From: Candidatus Woesearchaeota archaeon
GTDB lineage: Archaea; Nanobdellota; Nanobdellia; Woesearchaeales; GW2011-AR4
Reading direction: 5' to 3'
DNA: 64,000 nt
Assembly (NCBI GenBank): GCA_016187465.1
Contig: JACPJQ010000004.1
Coordinates: forward strand, 7,092 to 71,091
Positions 1-9,157 of the stretch are shown piece by piece. Every line of letters starts with the position of its first letter. Position 1 is the stretch's first letter. The position numbers and the translations under genes are program-made. The notes under the pieces are model-generated. The model did not search any database, had not been told where the DNA came from, and was given only the letters and a program-made list of their open reading frames with translations.

Positions 1-744
1 ATCATCACTTATTTGCGGATAGTTCTTTATGAGGTATGCTGCCAAACCCCGCATTGCCCACGAATGCTTGCAGCCGCATGTAGGCCTGCCGTCTTTGGTT
101 ACAGCCGTATTAGCCCCGCAGCAATATTCGCAGCCCATTGTTGGAATTGTTAAAATGCTGATGTACCTTTGCTTTTCCTCCGGAGACAACTGAATCTTGT
201 TCCTGCCGTATGCCGGATCGAGATTTGCTATTATATCAAGACTCTTTATAGGATCATCAAATGAAACGCCAAGCGCTTCCCCATAAAAGGGAACTCCCCT
301 TGATATGACGACAGTCATTGCATCCTGATTTGGGTCGCCTGTCAGAGCAAGGCTTGTTTTAGTTGAAGATGTCTTAAAGGTTAAGCCTGTGCTTAATCCG
401 GCTAGCGCTGATGCCTGCGAGATTTGGATTTGATTGAAGATTATCAAAAAAGCTGCAACTGCCATTAAACCATAGCTAACTTTCTCAGTGAGTGTCAATG
501 GCTTCGCATGTGCTTCGTGCTCTGCATGAATTGCATGCGGCTTGTGTTTAGTATCTTTGCTTTCTGAGACAAAAAGCCACACCAAGAGTCCAACTAATGC
601 AACAATTAGCAATACGGATAAGTAGACCAGTAAGCTGCTATTCAAAAGCCTGTAGAACTGATACTGCGTGAATAGGATGATAGCACTGACCAATACTATA
701 AGGAATATTGTTACTTTTTCCAGCAACTCCTGATCTTTTTCCAT
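1..744 (-). CDS. Membrane-anchored protein with CxYCCG...CGC Cys motif (C-terminus runs off the window start). Paralog of 9390..10379.
   Basis: Hand translation of the minus strand gives MEKDQELL... with an N-terminal TM helix and a C-terminal MGCEYCCGANTAVTKDGRPTCGCKHSWAM. This aligns with TCDYCCGSPQNPTIITRCGCAHSAAAQGM in ORF 9390..10379. It is not in the ORF track because it is truncated. Confidence 0.4.
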   Translation of the reverse strand, partial: MEKDQELLEKVTIFLIVLVSAIILFTQYQFYRLLNSSLLVYLSVLLIVALVGLLVWLFVSESKDTKHKPHAIHAEHEAHAKPLTLTEKVSYGLMAVAAFLIIFNQIQISQASALAGLSTGLTFKTSSTKTSLALTGDPNQDAMTVVISRGVPFYGEALGVSFDDPIKSLDIIANLDPAYGRNKIQLSPEEKQRYISILTIPTMGCEYCCGANTAVTKDGRPTCGCKHSWAMRGLAAYLIKNYPQISDD

Positions 745-887
745 ATTTACCATAGTATTTGCCTTTTCTATATATACTTTACTTGAGAAACGATGTTATT
801 TTTAAATCTTTTTTTATAAAATAAGGCTTAAAAAGGTTTATTATCGTTTTTAGGGTGTTATTCAGGCTTTTCATGGCTAGGATATTT

Positions 888-1838
888 TCAGGAAGCTTTA
901 TGTTTGTAGATAAAACGGGCAATAACAAAAACAAATAAAGCAAATGCAGCCATGCCAGCAAAAGTGATGTAGGGAATTTGGAGTATCCTGTCCTCAAAAA
1001 GGTATGCATAAACTGATGTCCTTAACGGGTCCAGGACGTTGATTACGTTTGTGCCGTTGAACACTATGAACAGTGCGCCTGTGCTTATCAGCAATAAGCC
1101 TGCAATTATTTTTGTTGTGTGCATAAAAAAGGTTTTTCCGAACAGTTTGATTTCAAATTCCCTGCCCCTGAGCCATGCCTTCTGAGTCAGGTTGTATTTG
1201 TCAAACAATATTGAGATTAAAAATAACGGGACAAACAATCCGAGAGAGTAAAAAAACAGCAATGCACCCGAGTAGAGATAGTTGTGGAAGGTAGATGCAA
1301 TAAGCAAAATGCCTGCAAGCACAGGGCCGAGGCACGCGCTCCATCCGAGCCCGAACAGAATGCCGAATGCGAAAATGCCGGCAATGTCATGCCCCGTCTT
1401 CCTGTCTATTTTTATGAAAGAAAAGCCTTTGCCGAGCATTGTCATAAGTCCAAAAACTATAAGAAGCGCTCCTGAAATGAATATCAAAATTTTTGTGTCT
1501 GCAAATTGGATTGAAGCCAGTGTTTCCCCTATTGCAGCCGCAAATATTCCAAGAATAACAAAGACAAACGAGAATCCCGCAAAAAAAACAAGGGTCATTT
1601 TTGTGATTTCCTTCCTTTCCTTGAATGTGTAGGCAAAGAAAGCGGGCAAAATAGCGAGCGTGCACGGCAGCAATACGCTGATTATGCCGCCCAGAAACGC
1701 CACAAAAAGGGAAAGATTTTTCAGATAAAACACAGCCTGCTGCTGGTTATAATCAGTGATTTTCTGCAGTCCAGACTGTGCAAAAGCCAACGGAATTAAT
1801 AAGAATATTGACAGCAAAAAGATGTTTATTTTTTTCAT
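888..1838 (-). CDS. CcdA/DsbD-family transmembrane thiol-disulfide electron transporter
   Basis: Polytopic membrane protein with the two TM-embedded Cys typical of CcdA (LLPCTLAILP and GWSACLGPVLAG). It has a signal peptide. Its start overlaps the downstream ORF. Confidence 0.55.
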   Translation of the reverse strand: MKKINIFLLSIFLLIPLAFAQSGLQKITDYNQQQAVFYLKNLSLFVAFLGGIISVLLPCTLAILPAFFAYTFKERKEITKMTLVFFAGFSFVFVILGIFAAAIGETLASIQFADTKILIFISGALLIVFGLMTMLGKGFSFIKIDRKTGHDIAGIFAFGILFGLGWSACLGPVLAGILLIASTFHNYLYSGALLFFYSLGLFVPLFLISILFDKYNLTQKAWLRGREFEIKLFGKTFFMHTTKIIAGLLLISTGALFIVFNGTNVINVLDPLRTSVYAYLFEDRILQIPYITFAGMAAFALFVFVIARFIYKHKAS

Positions 1839-2326
1839 TTTATTATATTCATGCTGCTACTCCTTTGGCTTTTTTTGAAAATTGCAAAACTTAGTAACCC
1901 AACGCTTAAAATTCCAAGCGACGGTCTTAATGGTTCAAAGTAAGTGAGAACACCAGTAATTCCCAATAGAAATACTAAAATCCTGTTGCATATAGGGCAG
2001 CCGAATGTGAGAAATCCAAAAACTCCGCCTGTTGCAGCCGATGCATTGCACGCCTTATCTTTGCCGCTTGCTTTTCCGTAATAAAGAAGCCCTATATACG
2101 CCCCAATAAGCAATGATGTTATTAAAAGTGATGACATCTCAAGCCATCCTACAGGAGTCATTCTTGTAAAAAACGGATTTTTTATTATGGATGCAACTGC
2201 TCCGAGTATTATGTAAAGAACAGCGGCTGTTCCTGTCGCTATTGATAATGCTATTATTGCACTTTTTCTATTGCCGCTTTTTTCCAAAGCTCTTGTTTCC
2301 TTTTTTAATTTGTTTTTTATCCGCAT
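1835..2326 (-). CDS. Small polytopic membrane protein with C-x19-CPIC motif (possible thiol-redox or metal protein)
   Basis: Four predicted TM segments. Motifs CNASAATGGVFGFLTFGCPICN. The 4-bp overlap with CcdA ORF 888..1838 suggests one operon. Confidence 0.3.
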   Translation of the reverse strand: MRIKNKLKKETRALEKSGNRKSAIIALSIATGTAAVLYIILGAVASIIKNPFFTRMTPVGWLEMSSLLITSLLIGAYIGLLYYGKASGKDKACNASAATGGVFGFLTFGCPICNRILVFLLGITGVLTYFEPLRPSLGILSVGLLSFAIFKKSQRSSSMNIIK

Positions 2327-2458
2327 CTTCTATTACGGTTACCTCAACATAACCGCAATCTTTGCACTGGCGCTTACCAAATTGCGCACCCATATAATTT
2401 TAATTGATTTCCTCTGATTTGCATGAAGGTCATTTTAATGCCATTATAAAATGTGATA

Positions 2459-2899
2459 TTATCTGCCATACCCTTTGTTTACCCATTCAACAATGCCCCC
2501 AACAACATTATAAACATTTGTATATCCTCTTTCTGCAAGTTTTTCTGCTGCAATCTGACTCATCCTTCCAGTCTTGCAGTACAACACAATTTTTGCTTCC
2601 TTACCCTGCGGCAATTTATCAAGCTGGTTTTCTATGTCATCGTAAGGAATAAAAGCATCTGTTCCATTAATGTGTTTTTGTTCCGGTATGTGGACATCAA
2701 CCAAAGCAAAATCTTTGTTTTTTAACTGCTGGTTTAGTTCATCAACAGTCATATTCTTGTAGCTTGTATTTTTGCTTAAAGAGGTAGATTTTTGAGAGTT
2801 GTCATTGGAATCTTGTGTACATCCAATAAATAGAACTAAGGCAAAGAGTAAATATATAATTCTAAGTCCCCTATTTAATGCCGATGTGTAGTTTTTCAT
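2459..2899 (-). CDS. Rhodanese-domain sulfurtransferase lipoprotein
   Basis: Lipobox-like N-terminus (LFIGCTQD). Rhodanese active-site loop LYCKTGRMS. Confidence 0.55.
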   Translation of the reverse strand: MKNYTSALNRGLRIIYLLFALVLFIGCTQDSNDNSQKSTSLSKNTSYKNMTVDELNQQLKNKDFALVDVHIPEQKHINGTDAFIPYDDIENQLDKLPQGKEAKIVLYCKTGRMSQIAAEKLAERGYTNVYNVVGGIVEWVNKGYGR

Positions 2900-2949
2900 A
2901 AGAGGCTCTTTAGCATTGTCATTTACTGCACAATTATCAATGATATCGG

Positions 2950-3405
2950 ATGCTTATTTCTTTATTTAAATTTATGTTACTGCTACAAAAAATTGCCATT
3001 AACCAGAAGTTATTTATATTTGCTTGCTATTTTCTGCTTATGAAATCAAATTTTATTGCTAAAGATATAATTTATTCACTAAGCCCGTTAGAAGCTGATA
3101 TAATCAAATCCTTGTTACCAAACAAAAAATACAGGACAAGGGACATCTATGCATTAGTCAGAAACAAAGCCTCAAAGAGCAGCGTATCGGTAATTCTCGA
3201 TAGGCTGTACCAAAAAGGTCTCGTTAATAGGTCAGTTGAAACCGCCAGAGGCGGAATAAGGTTTGTATATGGTCTCGAGCAGAACAAGGAAAATTTTGAA
3301 AAGCGAGTAGTGGAAAATGTGGTGAATTCCATAATACAAAAATTTGGTTCAAAGGCAGTAGTGTATTTTAATGAGAGCTTAAAGAAGCGGGGCAAAAATG
3401 ATTGA
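2950..3405 (+). CDS. BlaI/MecI/CopY-family winged-helix repressor
   Basis: The LSPLEADIIKSLL...RTRDIYALV...SSVSVILDRLYQKGLVNRSVETARGGIRFVY pattern matches the BlaI/CopY DNA-binding domain. The true start is probably an internal Met. The stop overlaps the sensor gene. Confidence 0.5.
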   Translation: MLISLFKFMLLLQKIAINQKLFIFACYFLLMKSNFIAKDIIYSLSPLEADIIKSLLPNKKYRTRDIYALVRNKASKSSVSVILDRLYQKGLVNRSVETARGGIRFVYGLEQNKENFEKRVVENVVNSIIQKFGSKAVVYFNESLKKRGKND

Positions 3406-4168
3406 GCAGTTAGAAATGTGGAAAAATTACTTGTATCATATATTAAATCATCCTCTTCACATGGCTATCTTTGTCCCATCATTAATACTTTCAATTGCGT
3501 TTTTTATTCTGTTCAAAAAATCTGGAGATTTAAGGAAAAAGGTAAATTTTCTGGCAATGCATATAGCGCTGCTGTTCTTTCCCTTTGTGTTCTCGGCTGT
3601 TTTTTGGAGATGCATGATGCCTATGATGAACTGCATGCCTATGATGTTCATGATTTTTGTTCCAATCTCTGGAATCATAACTATAATTTTGGGTTTTGTG
3701 TTGTTGCCATATATGTATAGGTGGTCTGACAAATGCTGCTTAATTAAAAACAACTTTATCAAGAAATTCGTTGAAAAAAATTCCAAAATACTAAAAATAA
3801 AAGAGCCCGAAGTTTATTCGATAAACGATCTAGAGCCGGCAGCTTATTCCATAACAAACCTAAAACCATCGATTTTTGTGTCTGCGGGGCTTTCAGAACT
3901 GCTTACAAAGAAGGAACTCGAAGCGGTTTTGCTGCATGAATTGCATCATCACAAATGCAAAACCTACTTCTGGAAATTTTCGGGCAATGTCCTTAGGCTA
4001 TTTACGCCAGTGGCAGCTTTTACAGGATTCTCAGGCACCTTAGAAAAAGAGGAAATTGAAGCTGACAATTATGCTATATCCATGCAAAATACAAACAAAT
4101 ACATTCTTTCGGCAAAGTCAAAAATAAAAAATTTCAGGACTTCTCGGCTCCATGCAGATGCCAAATAA
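3398..4168 (+). CDS. BlaR1/M56-like membrane Zn-metalloprotease signal transducer with a Met-rich tract
   Basis: Polytopic membrane protein with HExxH (LLHELHHHKC). It carries an unusual Cys/Met-rich segment, WRCMMPMMNCMPMMFMIF. It is translationally coupled to the BlaI-like gene. Confidence 0.45.
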   Translation: MIEQLEMWKNYLYHILNHPLHMAIFVPSLILSIAFFILFKKSGDLRKKVNFLAMHIALLFFPFVFSAVFWRCMMPMMNCMPMMFMIFVPISGIITIILGFVLLPYMYRWSDKCCLIKNNFIKKFVEKNSKILKIKEPEVYSINDLEPAAYSITNLKPSIFVSAGLSELLTKKELEAVLLHELHHHKCKTYFWKFSGNVLRLFTPVAAFTGFSGTLEKEEIEADNYAISMQNTNKYILSAKSKIKNFRTSRLHADAK

Positions 4169-5102
4169 CGAGCAAAAAAATTGACAAAGCAGAAATGATC
4201 CCTAAAATGTTGCCTGATACTGACGTGAATATTCTTGTTCCCAAAGATGCCTCATTCAAGTAGCTCCAGAACGACATAGACCATGGAATGTATTTTGGCA
4301 GCTCGCTTTGAAAAAAGAAAGTTCCTTTAAAAATAACCATTAGTATCCCTATTGCAAGCAGCAAAATTCCTCCAATTATGTTGTATGTATGGGTAATTAT
4401 TTTTTTATTAAACAGCTTAAATTCTATTGATTTGCCCCTCAATAATTTTGAATTTGCCCAGTCGTATTTATCTGAGAAGAATGCCAGCAAAATCAAAGGA
4501 GATGCTATGCCTATTCCATAAAATACAAGCATCAAAGTCCCATTTAGCACAGTTGCAGAATTTGCAGCCAATAAAAGTATGCCTGTTAGAATTGGCCCAA
4601 CGCATGGAGTCCAGCCGATTCCGAAGAAAAATCCCAATGAAGCCACACTAAAAAAACTTTGGCCTTTCCTGTAATCCAATTTAAAATTAAAGATTGTGAA
4701 GCCTATATTGAAAAACATCAAAATTCCGAAAAAAATCAGCATATAGCCCGATATAACGGCAAAAGCCAGCTTGTAGCTGTTGAAGAAATTGCCCAAAAAG
4801 CCTGCTATCAGCCCAAAAAATGTGAATGCTATCAGCAGGCCAATCGAAAATGCGCTTGTCATAAGCACAGCTTTTTTTCTGTCCTTAAAAGCAAATGAAA
4901 AAAATGTCGGCAGCAAAGCAATACCGCAAGGTGAGGTCATTGAAATCAAGCCTGCAAAGAATGCAAGCAAAAATGTTATACTGGAGGCTAATTGCTGCTC
5001 TTGCTGCTTTAGTTTTTGAAGGCCTATTGGCAATTCCTGTGCGAACGCTATGCTAGCGAACAACACAACAAATATTAATACAATTAATAATTTTTTGGTC
5101 AT
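4134..5102 (-). CDS. CcdA/DsbD-family transmembrane thiol-disulfide transporter (paralog of 888..1838)
   Basis: TSPCGIALLP and GWTPCVGPILTG motifs. About 45% identical in architecture to 888..1838. Confidence 0.55.
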   Translation of the reverse strand: MTKKLLIVLIFVVLFASIAFAQELPIGLQKLKQQEQQLASSITFLLAFFAGLISMTSPCGIALLPTFFSFAFKDRKKAVLMTSAFSIGLLIAFTFFGLIAGFLGNFFNSYKLAFAVISGYMLIFFGILMFFNIGFTIFNFKLDYRKGQSFFSVASLGFFFGIGWTPCVGPILTGILLLAANSATVLNGTLMLVFYGIGIASPLILLAFFSDKYDWANSKLLRGKSIEFKLFNKKIITHTYNIIGGILLLAIGILMVIFKGTFFFQSELPKYIPWSMSFWSYLNEASLGTRIFTSVSGNILGIISALSIFLLVIWHLHGAEKS

Positions 5103-5587
5103 TTTTTCTTACCCATAAATTTTGCTGACAAGATTCCAATTAGAAATCCAATAATCAAAAATACAAAATATTCCATGTAATTTGGCTTATTATCCTCAAT
5201 TACTTCTATTACAAAATCTTCCGGAGAGTACGTTTTGTTTCCCAAGGCAAAATTGATAAAAATTTCATGTATTCCTGCATTCTTAAACTCGTGCTTCAAA
5301 TCTAAAACTCCATAATCGATTTTGAAATTTTTTGCCAATATTTGTTCTTCGCCTTTCATTATTCTAAGCTCGCCGCTGATTTCCTTGCTGATTAATCCAG
5401 CTTTATCGGCAAAGGAAAATAAAATAGATACCCTCTCATAGACTTTCGGCACATGAGGCGCATGCGACATTTGGACAAAAATATCATCTGCCAATTTCAT
5501 GCAGCCGCCGTTGGAATAGGTTATTGGAATTAATGAAATAAAAATAACAAATACCATGCAAATAATAAGATTTCTGCTCATTTTCAA
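5099..5587 (-). CDS. Hypothetical secreted protein with C-terminal TM anchor and basic tail
   Basis: N-terminal signal or TM segment. C-terminal hydrophobic segment followed by GKKK. It overlaps neighbours on both sides. Confidence 0.3.
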   Translation of the reverse strand: MKMSRNLIICMVFVIFISLIPITYSNGGCMKLADDIFVQMSHAPHVPKVYERVSILFSFADKAGLISKEISGELRIMKGEEQILAKNFKIDYGVLDLKHEFKNAGIHEIFINFALGNKTYSPEDFVIEVIEDNKPNYMEYFVFLIIGFLIGILSAKFMGKKK

Positions 5588-5594
5588 TCATTTA

Positions 5595-6119
5595 TTATAT
5601 TACGTACTTATACTTTTGCAAGCCAAAAAATGCCCTTATTCTCTTAAATAAACCACGGCAATCATCAATAACCATGCTATCATGTTTGTCCAAGAAGTTG
5701 TAAATATGCTTGTCAATTAACGCTCTTATGAAATAATAGATTGGCTTCATGCCCCAAAAGCTCATATGAACCATAGCATATCTCCACCCGTCTATGTTGA
5801 TAAGGACATCGCCATAGTTAATCCTTATCTTTTTCCCATCTTTCTTAATAATAACTTCTTTAACATTGTCCATTAAAGCTCTCAAAGAAATAATGCCCAT
5901 TGTATGCTCCATGTCCATATGCATATGTGCTTCTATTAGCCATTCTATTTTTTTGCCATTTTTTGTAACATGCTCCATCTTTTTCTTTGGTTCTTTTTCG
6001 TAGCCTTTTTCCTTTATCCAGTTATCAACTTCTGCATAGAAGTCCTCAACTACAAAAGGACCATTATAGGTTGTTCTCAAGTCATAAAGTACCTGTTTTC
6101 TCTCCATCATTTTTATCAC
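5595..6119 (-). CDS. Hypothetical cytoplasmic protein
   Basis: ORF of 174 aa with no TM segments. Its start overlaps the upstream HxH gene, so it is in the same operon. Confidence 0.3.
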   Translation of the reverse strand: MIKMMERKQVLYDLRTTYNGPFVVEDFYAEVDNWIKEKGYEKEPKKKMEHVTKNGKKIEWLIEAHMHMDMEHTMGIISLRALMDNVKEVIIKKDGKKIRINYGDVLINIDGWRYAMVHMSFWGMKPIYYFIRALIDKHIYNFLDKHDSMVIDDCRGLFKRIRAFFGLQKYKYVI

Positions 6120-6622
6120 TTATATTCAATCACAATTTCATCCTTATCATGCATAATATATTTATTAAATTCAAAATTTTCTTTACCGTTTACTGTAATT
6201 TTTAAAGTTCCATTTTCTCCATTGCAATATTCAAAAATGCAAGAGCTGTTGAAATTCCTTCCCCAGACTTTAAAGAAATAACCTAATGTCAAAGTTTCAG
6301 GCTTTTGCCATGGTCTGTTGTTCTCCAAATGTATAGTGCCATCGCTTTCATGCGTATGGGTAGGAGACATTCTCATACCGCTTATTTGATTATCTATATT
6401 GTTGCCTATGCTTATTCCGATATTTGGAGGTATAAACTGCTCTTCGCCTTTGATCATTATTTTAAGTTTAGGATGCCAGTGGACAGGCTGCTGAGGCACT
6501 CCGTTTGTATTATTGCTTTGAGACGGGCTTTTAAATAAAAGAATGAATCCTATAAATACAGCTATTATTACAATAACTGCAATATAAATTGGCTTTATTT
6601 TCATTTTAATGCAATTCCGCAA
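6116..6622 (-). CDS. HxH-motif membrane-anchored extracytoplasmic protein (HWH subtype)
   Basis: N-terminal TM segment. HWHPKL...THTHESDGTIHLE...CIFEYC...VNGKE. Paralog of 16913..17653 and more distantly of 6606..7322 and 11286..11927. Confidence 0.4.
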   Translation of the reverse strand: MRNCIKMKIKPIYIAVIVIIAVFIGFILLFKSPSQSNNTNGVPQQPVHWHPKLKIMIKGEEQFIPPNIGISIGNNIDNQISGMRMSPTHTHESDGTIHLENNRPWQKPETLTLGYFFKVWGRNFNSSCIFEYCNGENGTLKITVNGKENFEFNKYIMHDKDEIVIEYK

Positions 6623-7322
6623 AGCCTGTTATTGAATTAAACTGATTTTTTATTTCATCTTCGCTTTCATCGCCATAGCTTATCAAAATTTTGTCCAAAT
6701 CATTGAATACATAATTTTCAAATTCATTGCTTTCTTTTCCATTGACAAAGAATTTTAGCTTTTTATTGCTATTATTGCAGAATTCTTTGTTTTCCAGAGT
6801 TATGCAATTCTTGTTGAACTCCATGCCTATGCTTTTGAAGAAAACCCACAAAGGAACTCCGGTTGCGTGTATGTGCAATGCGCCGCCAGCATCGTCTTTG
6901 TTCTGCTGATTGTCAATGTGGACAAAGCTGCTTTTCATGTAAAATCTGCTATCTGCAAAATTAAGCGGCTTTTCATTTACATAAACTTTAAAGTCAGCAT
7001 GAATGTGCTGCGAATCGAGAATGCCTATTTTTGAATCTGGATTCATGTTGCACTCTAATTGCCCGGAGTCAAGACACATCTCTACAGGCATTCCACAGGA
7101 ATCGCATCTGCCGTCATTATTCCTGTCCATCATGCCTCTTCCAACCTCTCTGTCAAAAGCCGTCAAAGTCATTCCTGAAACTCTTTTCATTTGAGAAGAT
7201 GATTGTTCAACTTGCCCTGTTTTTGAGCTTAGAAAATCAAATAGGGAAAATATGAGCAGTCCGATAACTATAAAGAATATAAATATTAATGTCAATGCCC
7301 CAAAATCTGCCTTTAATTTCAT
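6606..7322 (-). CDS. HxH-motif membrane-anchored extracytoplasmic protein (HIH subtype) with N-terminal YHS-like CxxCGM segment
   Basis: HIHADFKVYVNEKP...HIHATGVP...KNCITLENKEFCN...FFVNGKE. About 55% identical to ORF 11286..11927. Extra RCDSCGMPVEMC motif. Confidence 0.4.
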   Translation of the reverse strand: MKLKADFGALTLIFIFFIVIGLLIFSLFDFLSSKTGQVEQSSSQMKRVSGMTLTAFDREVGRGMMDRNNDGRCDSCGMPVEMCLDSGQLECNMNPDSKIGILDSQHIHADFKVYVNEKPLNFADSRFYMKSSFVHIDNQQNKDDAGGALHIHATGVPLWVFFKSIGMEFNKNCITLENKEFCNNSNKKLKFFVNGKESNEFENYVFNDLDKILISYGDESEDEIKNQFNSITGFAELH

Positions 7323-7735
7323 TTCTTCTCAATCTTGTCATAAATATGCCATCCAATGCTGAATATTGCCAAAATTCCTCCAACAATCCAGGAAAGATAA
7401 TTGAAATTTTGAACTTGCTGAAACGGCACACCAGCAATTATCAAGCCTGAATTAAATAAAATTAGTTTGCCTGACAAATGCATTCTTTTTTTATATTTTA
7501 AAATTATTGTGATTGTTAATAATGAGACTGCGACAGTCCAAAATGGAATTGCAACTTTTGTCAAAAACAGCAACGGCATTCCTGCTACTGCAAAACCTAG
7601 AAAGGTAAGGAAAGCAACTAAGGCTAAGCATGCATTATGGCAAACTTGATAGCTACCAAGAAAGCTTAAACCACCAGAAATACTTCCAGCTACACCCACA
7701 AATTTCTCTTTTATTTTGTTTACTACTTTTACCAT
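7319..7735 (-). CDS. Small integral membrane protein (about 4 TM segments, CHNAC motif)
   Basis: Hydrophobicity pattern. Start and stop overlap the adjacent genes. Confidence 0.3.
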   Translation of the reverse strand: MVKVVNKIKEKFVGVAGSISGGLSFLGSYQVCHNACLALVAFLTFLGFAVAGMPLLFLTKVAIPFWTVAVSLLTITIILKYKKRMHLSGKLILFNSGLIIAGVPFQQVQNFNYLSWIVGGILAIFSIGWHIYDKIEKK

Positions 7736-7739
7736 ATTC

Positions 7740-8261
7740 TCATTTCTTATGTTTATCTTTTTTATCTTTCATACTCTTCCACAATTTTATAATCCAAAGA
7801 TAAACCAAGATTATTAGTCCTATAAATAGTATAATATAAAGAACATTTAGAAAATTCCAATAGCCAAAACCGTAGCCATAAGGCGTACTCCCATAACTCA
7901 TCCTATTGCCTCCCATCATCATATTCATCATTCCTCCATTCATCATGCCAGCACCCATCATTCCGCCTGTATTTTCATTGCAATACACCATTTTTGCCAT
8001 GTTAATATGAAACTGCTTTTCTGCTTCAGAGCCTTCTTTAATTCCCATCATTTTATGCATAAGCTCATGGCTTTCGCCAGAGTGCATTAATTCCATTTCA
8101 TACTCCCCAATTATTTCTAACTGGGAGTCTGATAGACTTTTGCAGTCCACTCTTGAATCAATCAAGTTCTTAGCTTCTTTGATTTCCTGTTGTGTGATTG
8201 CATTAGCTAAACCCAAATTTAACAATAAAGCAACAATTGCAACGAATATTATTTCTTTCAT
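7740..8261 (-). CDS. Secreted Met/Gly-rich protein (MMGAGMMNGGMMNMMMGG, GYGFGY)
   Basis: Signal peptide. Met-rich low-complexity region of the kind found in Cu(I)-binding Met-motif proteins. Confidence 0.4.
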   Translation of the reverse strand: MKEIIFVAIVALLLNLGLANAITQQEIKEAKNLIDSRVDCKSLSDSQLEIIGEYEMELMHSGESHELMHKMMGIKEGSEAEKQFHINMAKMVYCNENTGGMMGAGMMNGGMMNMMMGGNRMSYGSTPYGYGFGYWNFLNVLYIILFIGLIILVYLWIIKLWKSMKDKKDKHKK

Positions 8262-8307
8262 TCTAATACCTAATAAATTCTTGACAATTTTTCTTTGATG
8301 TATGAAC

Positions 8308-8451
8308 TCATTTTAGCACTCCAATTGACGATTTCGTAATTTCAAGGCTGCAACTCTTGTGCTTTCTGCACCAGTCTTCACATTTATTTGCAAGCTCTTT
8401 TGTATTGTAAGCAAAATTACAAATTTCGCAAATGCATAGTTCTTTTGCCAT
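8308..8451 (-). CDS. Small Cys-rich protein (47 aa). Putative metal-binding or zinc-ribbon protein.
   Basis: Hand translation gives MAKELCICEICNFAYNTKELANKCEDWCRKHKSCSLEITKSSIGVLK. It is below the ORF-track size cutoff. Confidence 0.3.
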   Translation of the reverse strand: MAKELCICEICNFAYNTKELANKCEDWCRKHKSCSLEITKSSIGVLK

Positions 8452-8463
8452 TTAATTCATCAT

Positions 8464-8982
8464 TTAAGTTGTGTCTATATTTTGGCCGTACGGATGAATT
8501 AATTTCCATCCGTTGCTTCTTTTCTTTAATGTATATACACTTTCAAAATCTTTTTTAGCCCCGTCTTTGCCAATTATCTCGATTTTGTAATTGACTCCAG
8601 CCTCTTTATCATTTTCATACTGAGTTTGCACATCAATGACACTGACACCATTAGCTGTCTCGTAAAATTTATCCATATAGGCTTTAAAGCCATCAAATGA
8701 TTTTGCTGTAGGCTCTATTTGCTTGAAGCCATCTGAAATAAGGGAATACATTATATCATACTGCTTGCTGTTCCATGCCTGAAAGTAAAGTGTTACAACT
8801 TGAATTTGGGTTAAAGTGGAAACATCCTGAGATAGGATGGCTTTTTGCTCCTGCTGCGTCTTTGTGCATGCGCTTAATAAAATTACAATAAAAATGACGA
8901 AGGTCAGTGAACTTTTCATTCTTATCAGCTTAGTCAAAATCCAGTCGCTATCATTGGTTTCTTTGGCTGCATATCTAAGCAA
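8464..8982 (-). CDS. Hypothetical lipoprotein or secreted protein
   Basis: Signal peptide with Cys (LLSACTKT). No catalytic motif recognised. Confidence 0.3.
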   Translation of the reverse strand: MLRYAAKETNDSDWILTKLIRMKSSLTFVIFIVILLSACTKTQQEQKAILSQDVSTLTQIQVVTLYFQAWNSKQYDIMYSLISDGFKQIEPTAKSFDGFKAYMDKFYETANGVSVIDVQTQYENDKEAGVNYKIEIIGKDGAKKDFESVYTLKKRSNGWKLIHPYGQNIDTT

Positions 8983-9140
8983 TTAGCACAAGCAATCACT
9001 TGGTTTTGCTGCTCATAATCTGAAGGCGCATTCTTAATATTTTCCATAATTGATTTCTTTATAGTCTTTAGCTGCATGGATTGCATGAATAAGACTAATA
9101 TAAGAAGCGCTAAAACCATTATCGTCAGCGAGGTTTTCAT
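8934..9140 (-). CDS. Small membrane-anchored protein (68 aa)
   Basis: N-terminal TM helix. CANCLD motif. Confidence 0.2.
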   Translation of the reverse strand: MKTSLTIMVLALLILVLFMQSMQLKTIKKSIMENIKNAPSDYEQQNQVIACANCLDMQPKKPMIATGF

Positions 9141-9157
9141 CTCACCACCAAAAAAAT

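Noticed and set aside
1282-1665. Track ORFs 1282..1632 (+), 1284..1475 (+) and 1387..1665 (-) inside the CcdA gene
   Set aside because: They lie entirely inside the well-supported membrane-protein ORF 888..1838 on other frames. Their composition looks like shadow ORFs of AT-poor codons.
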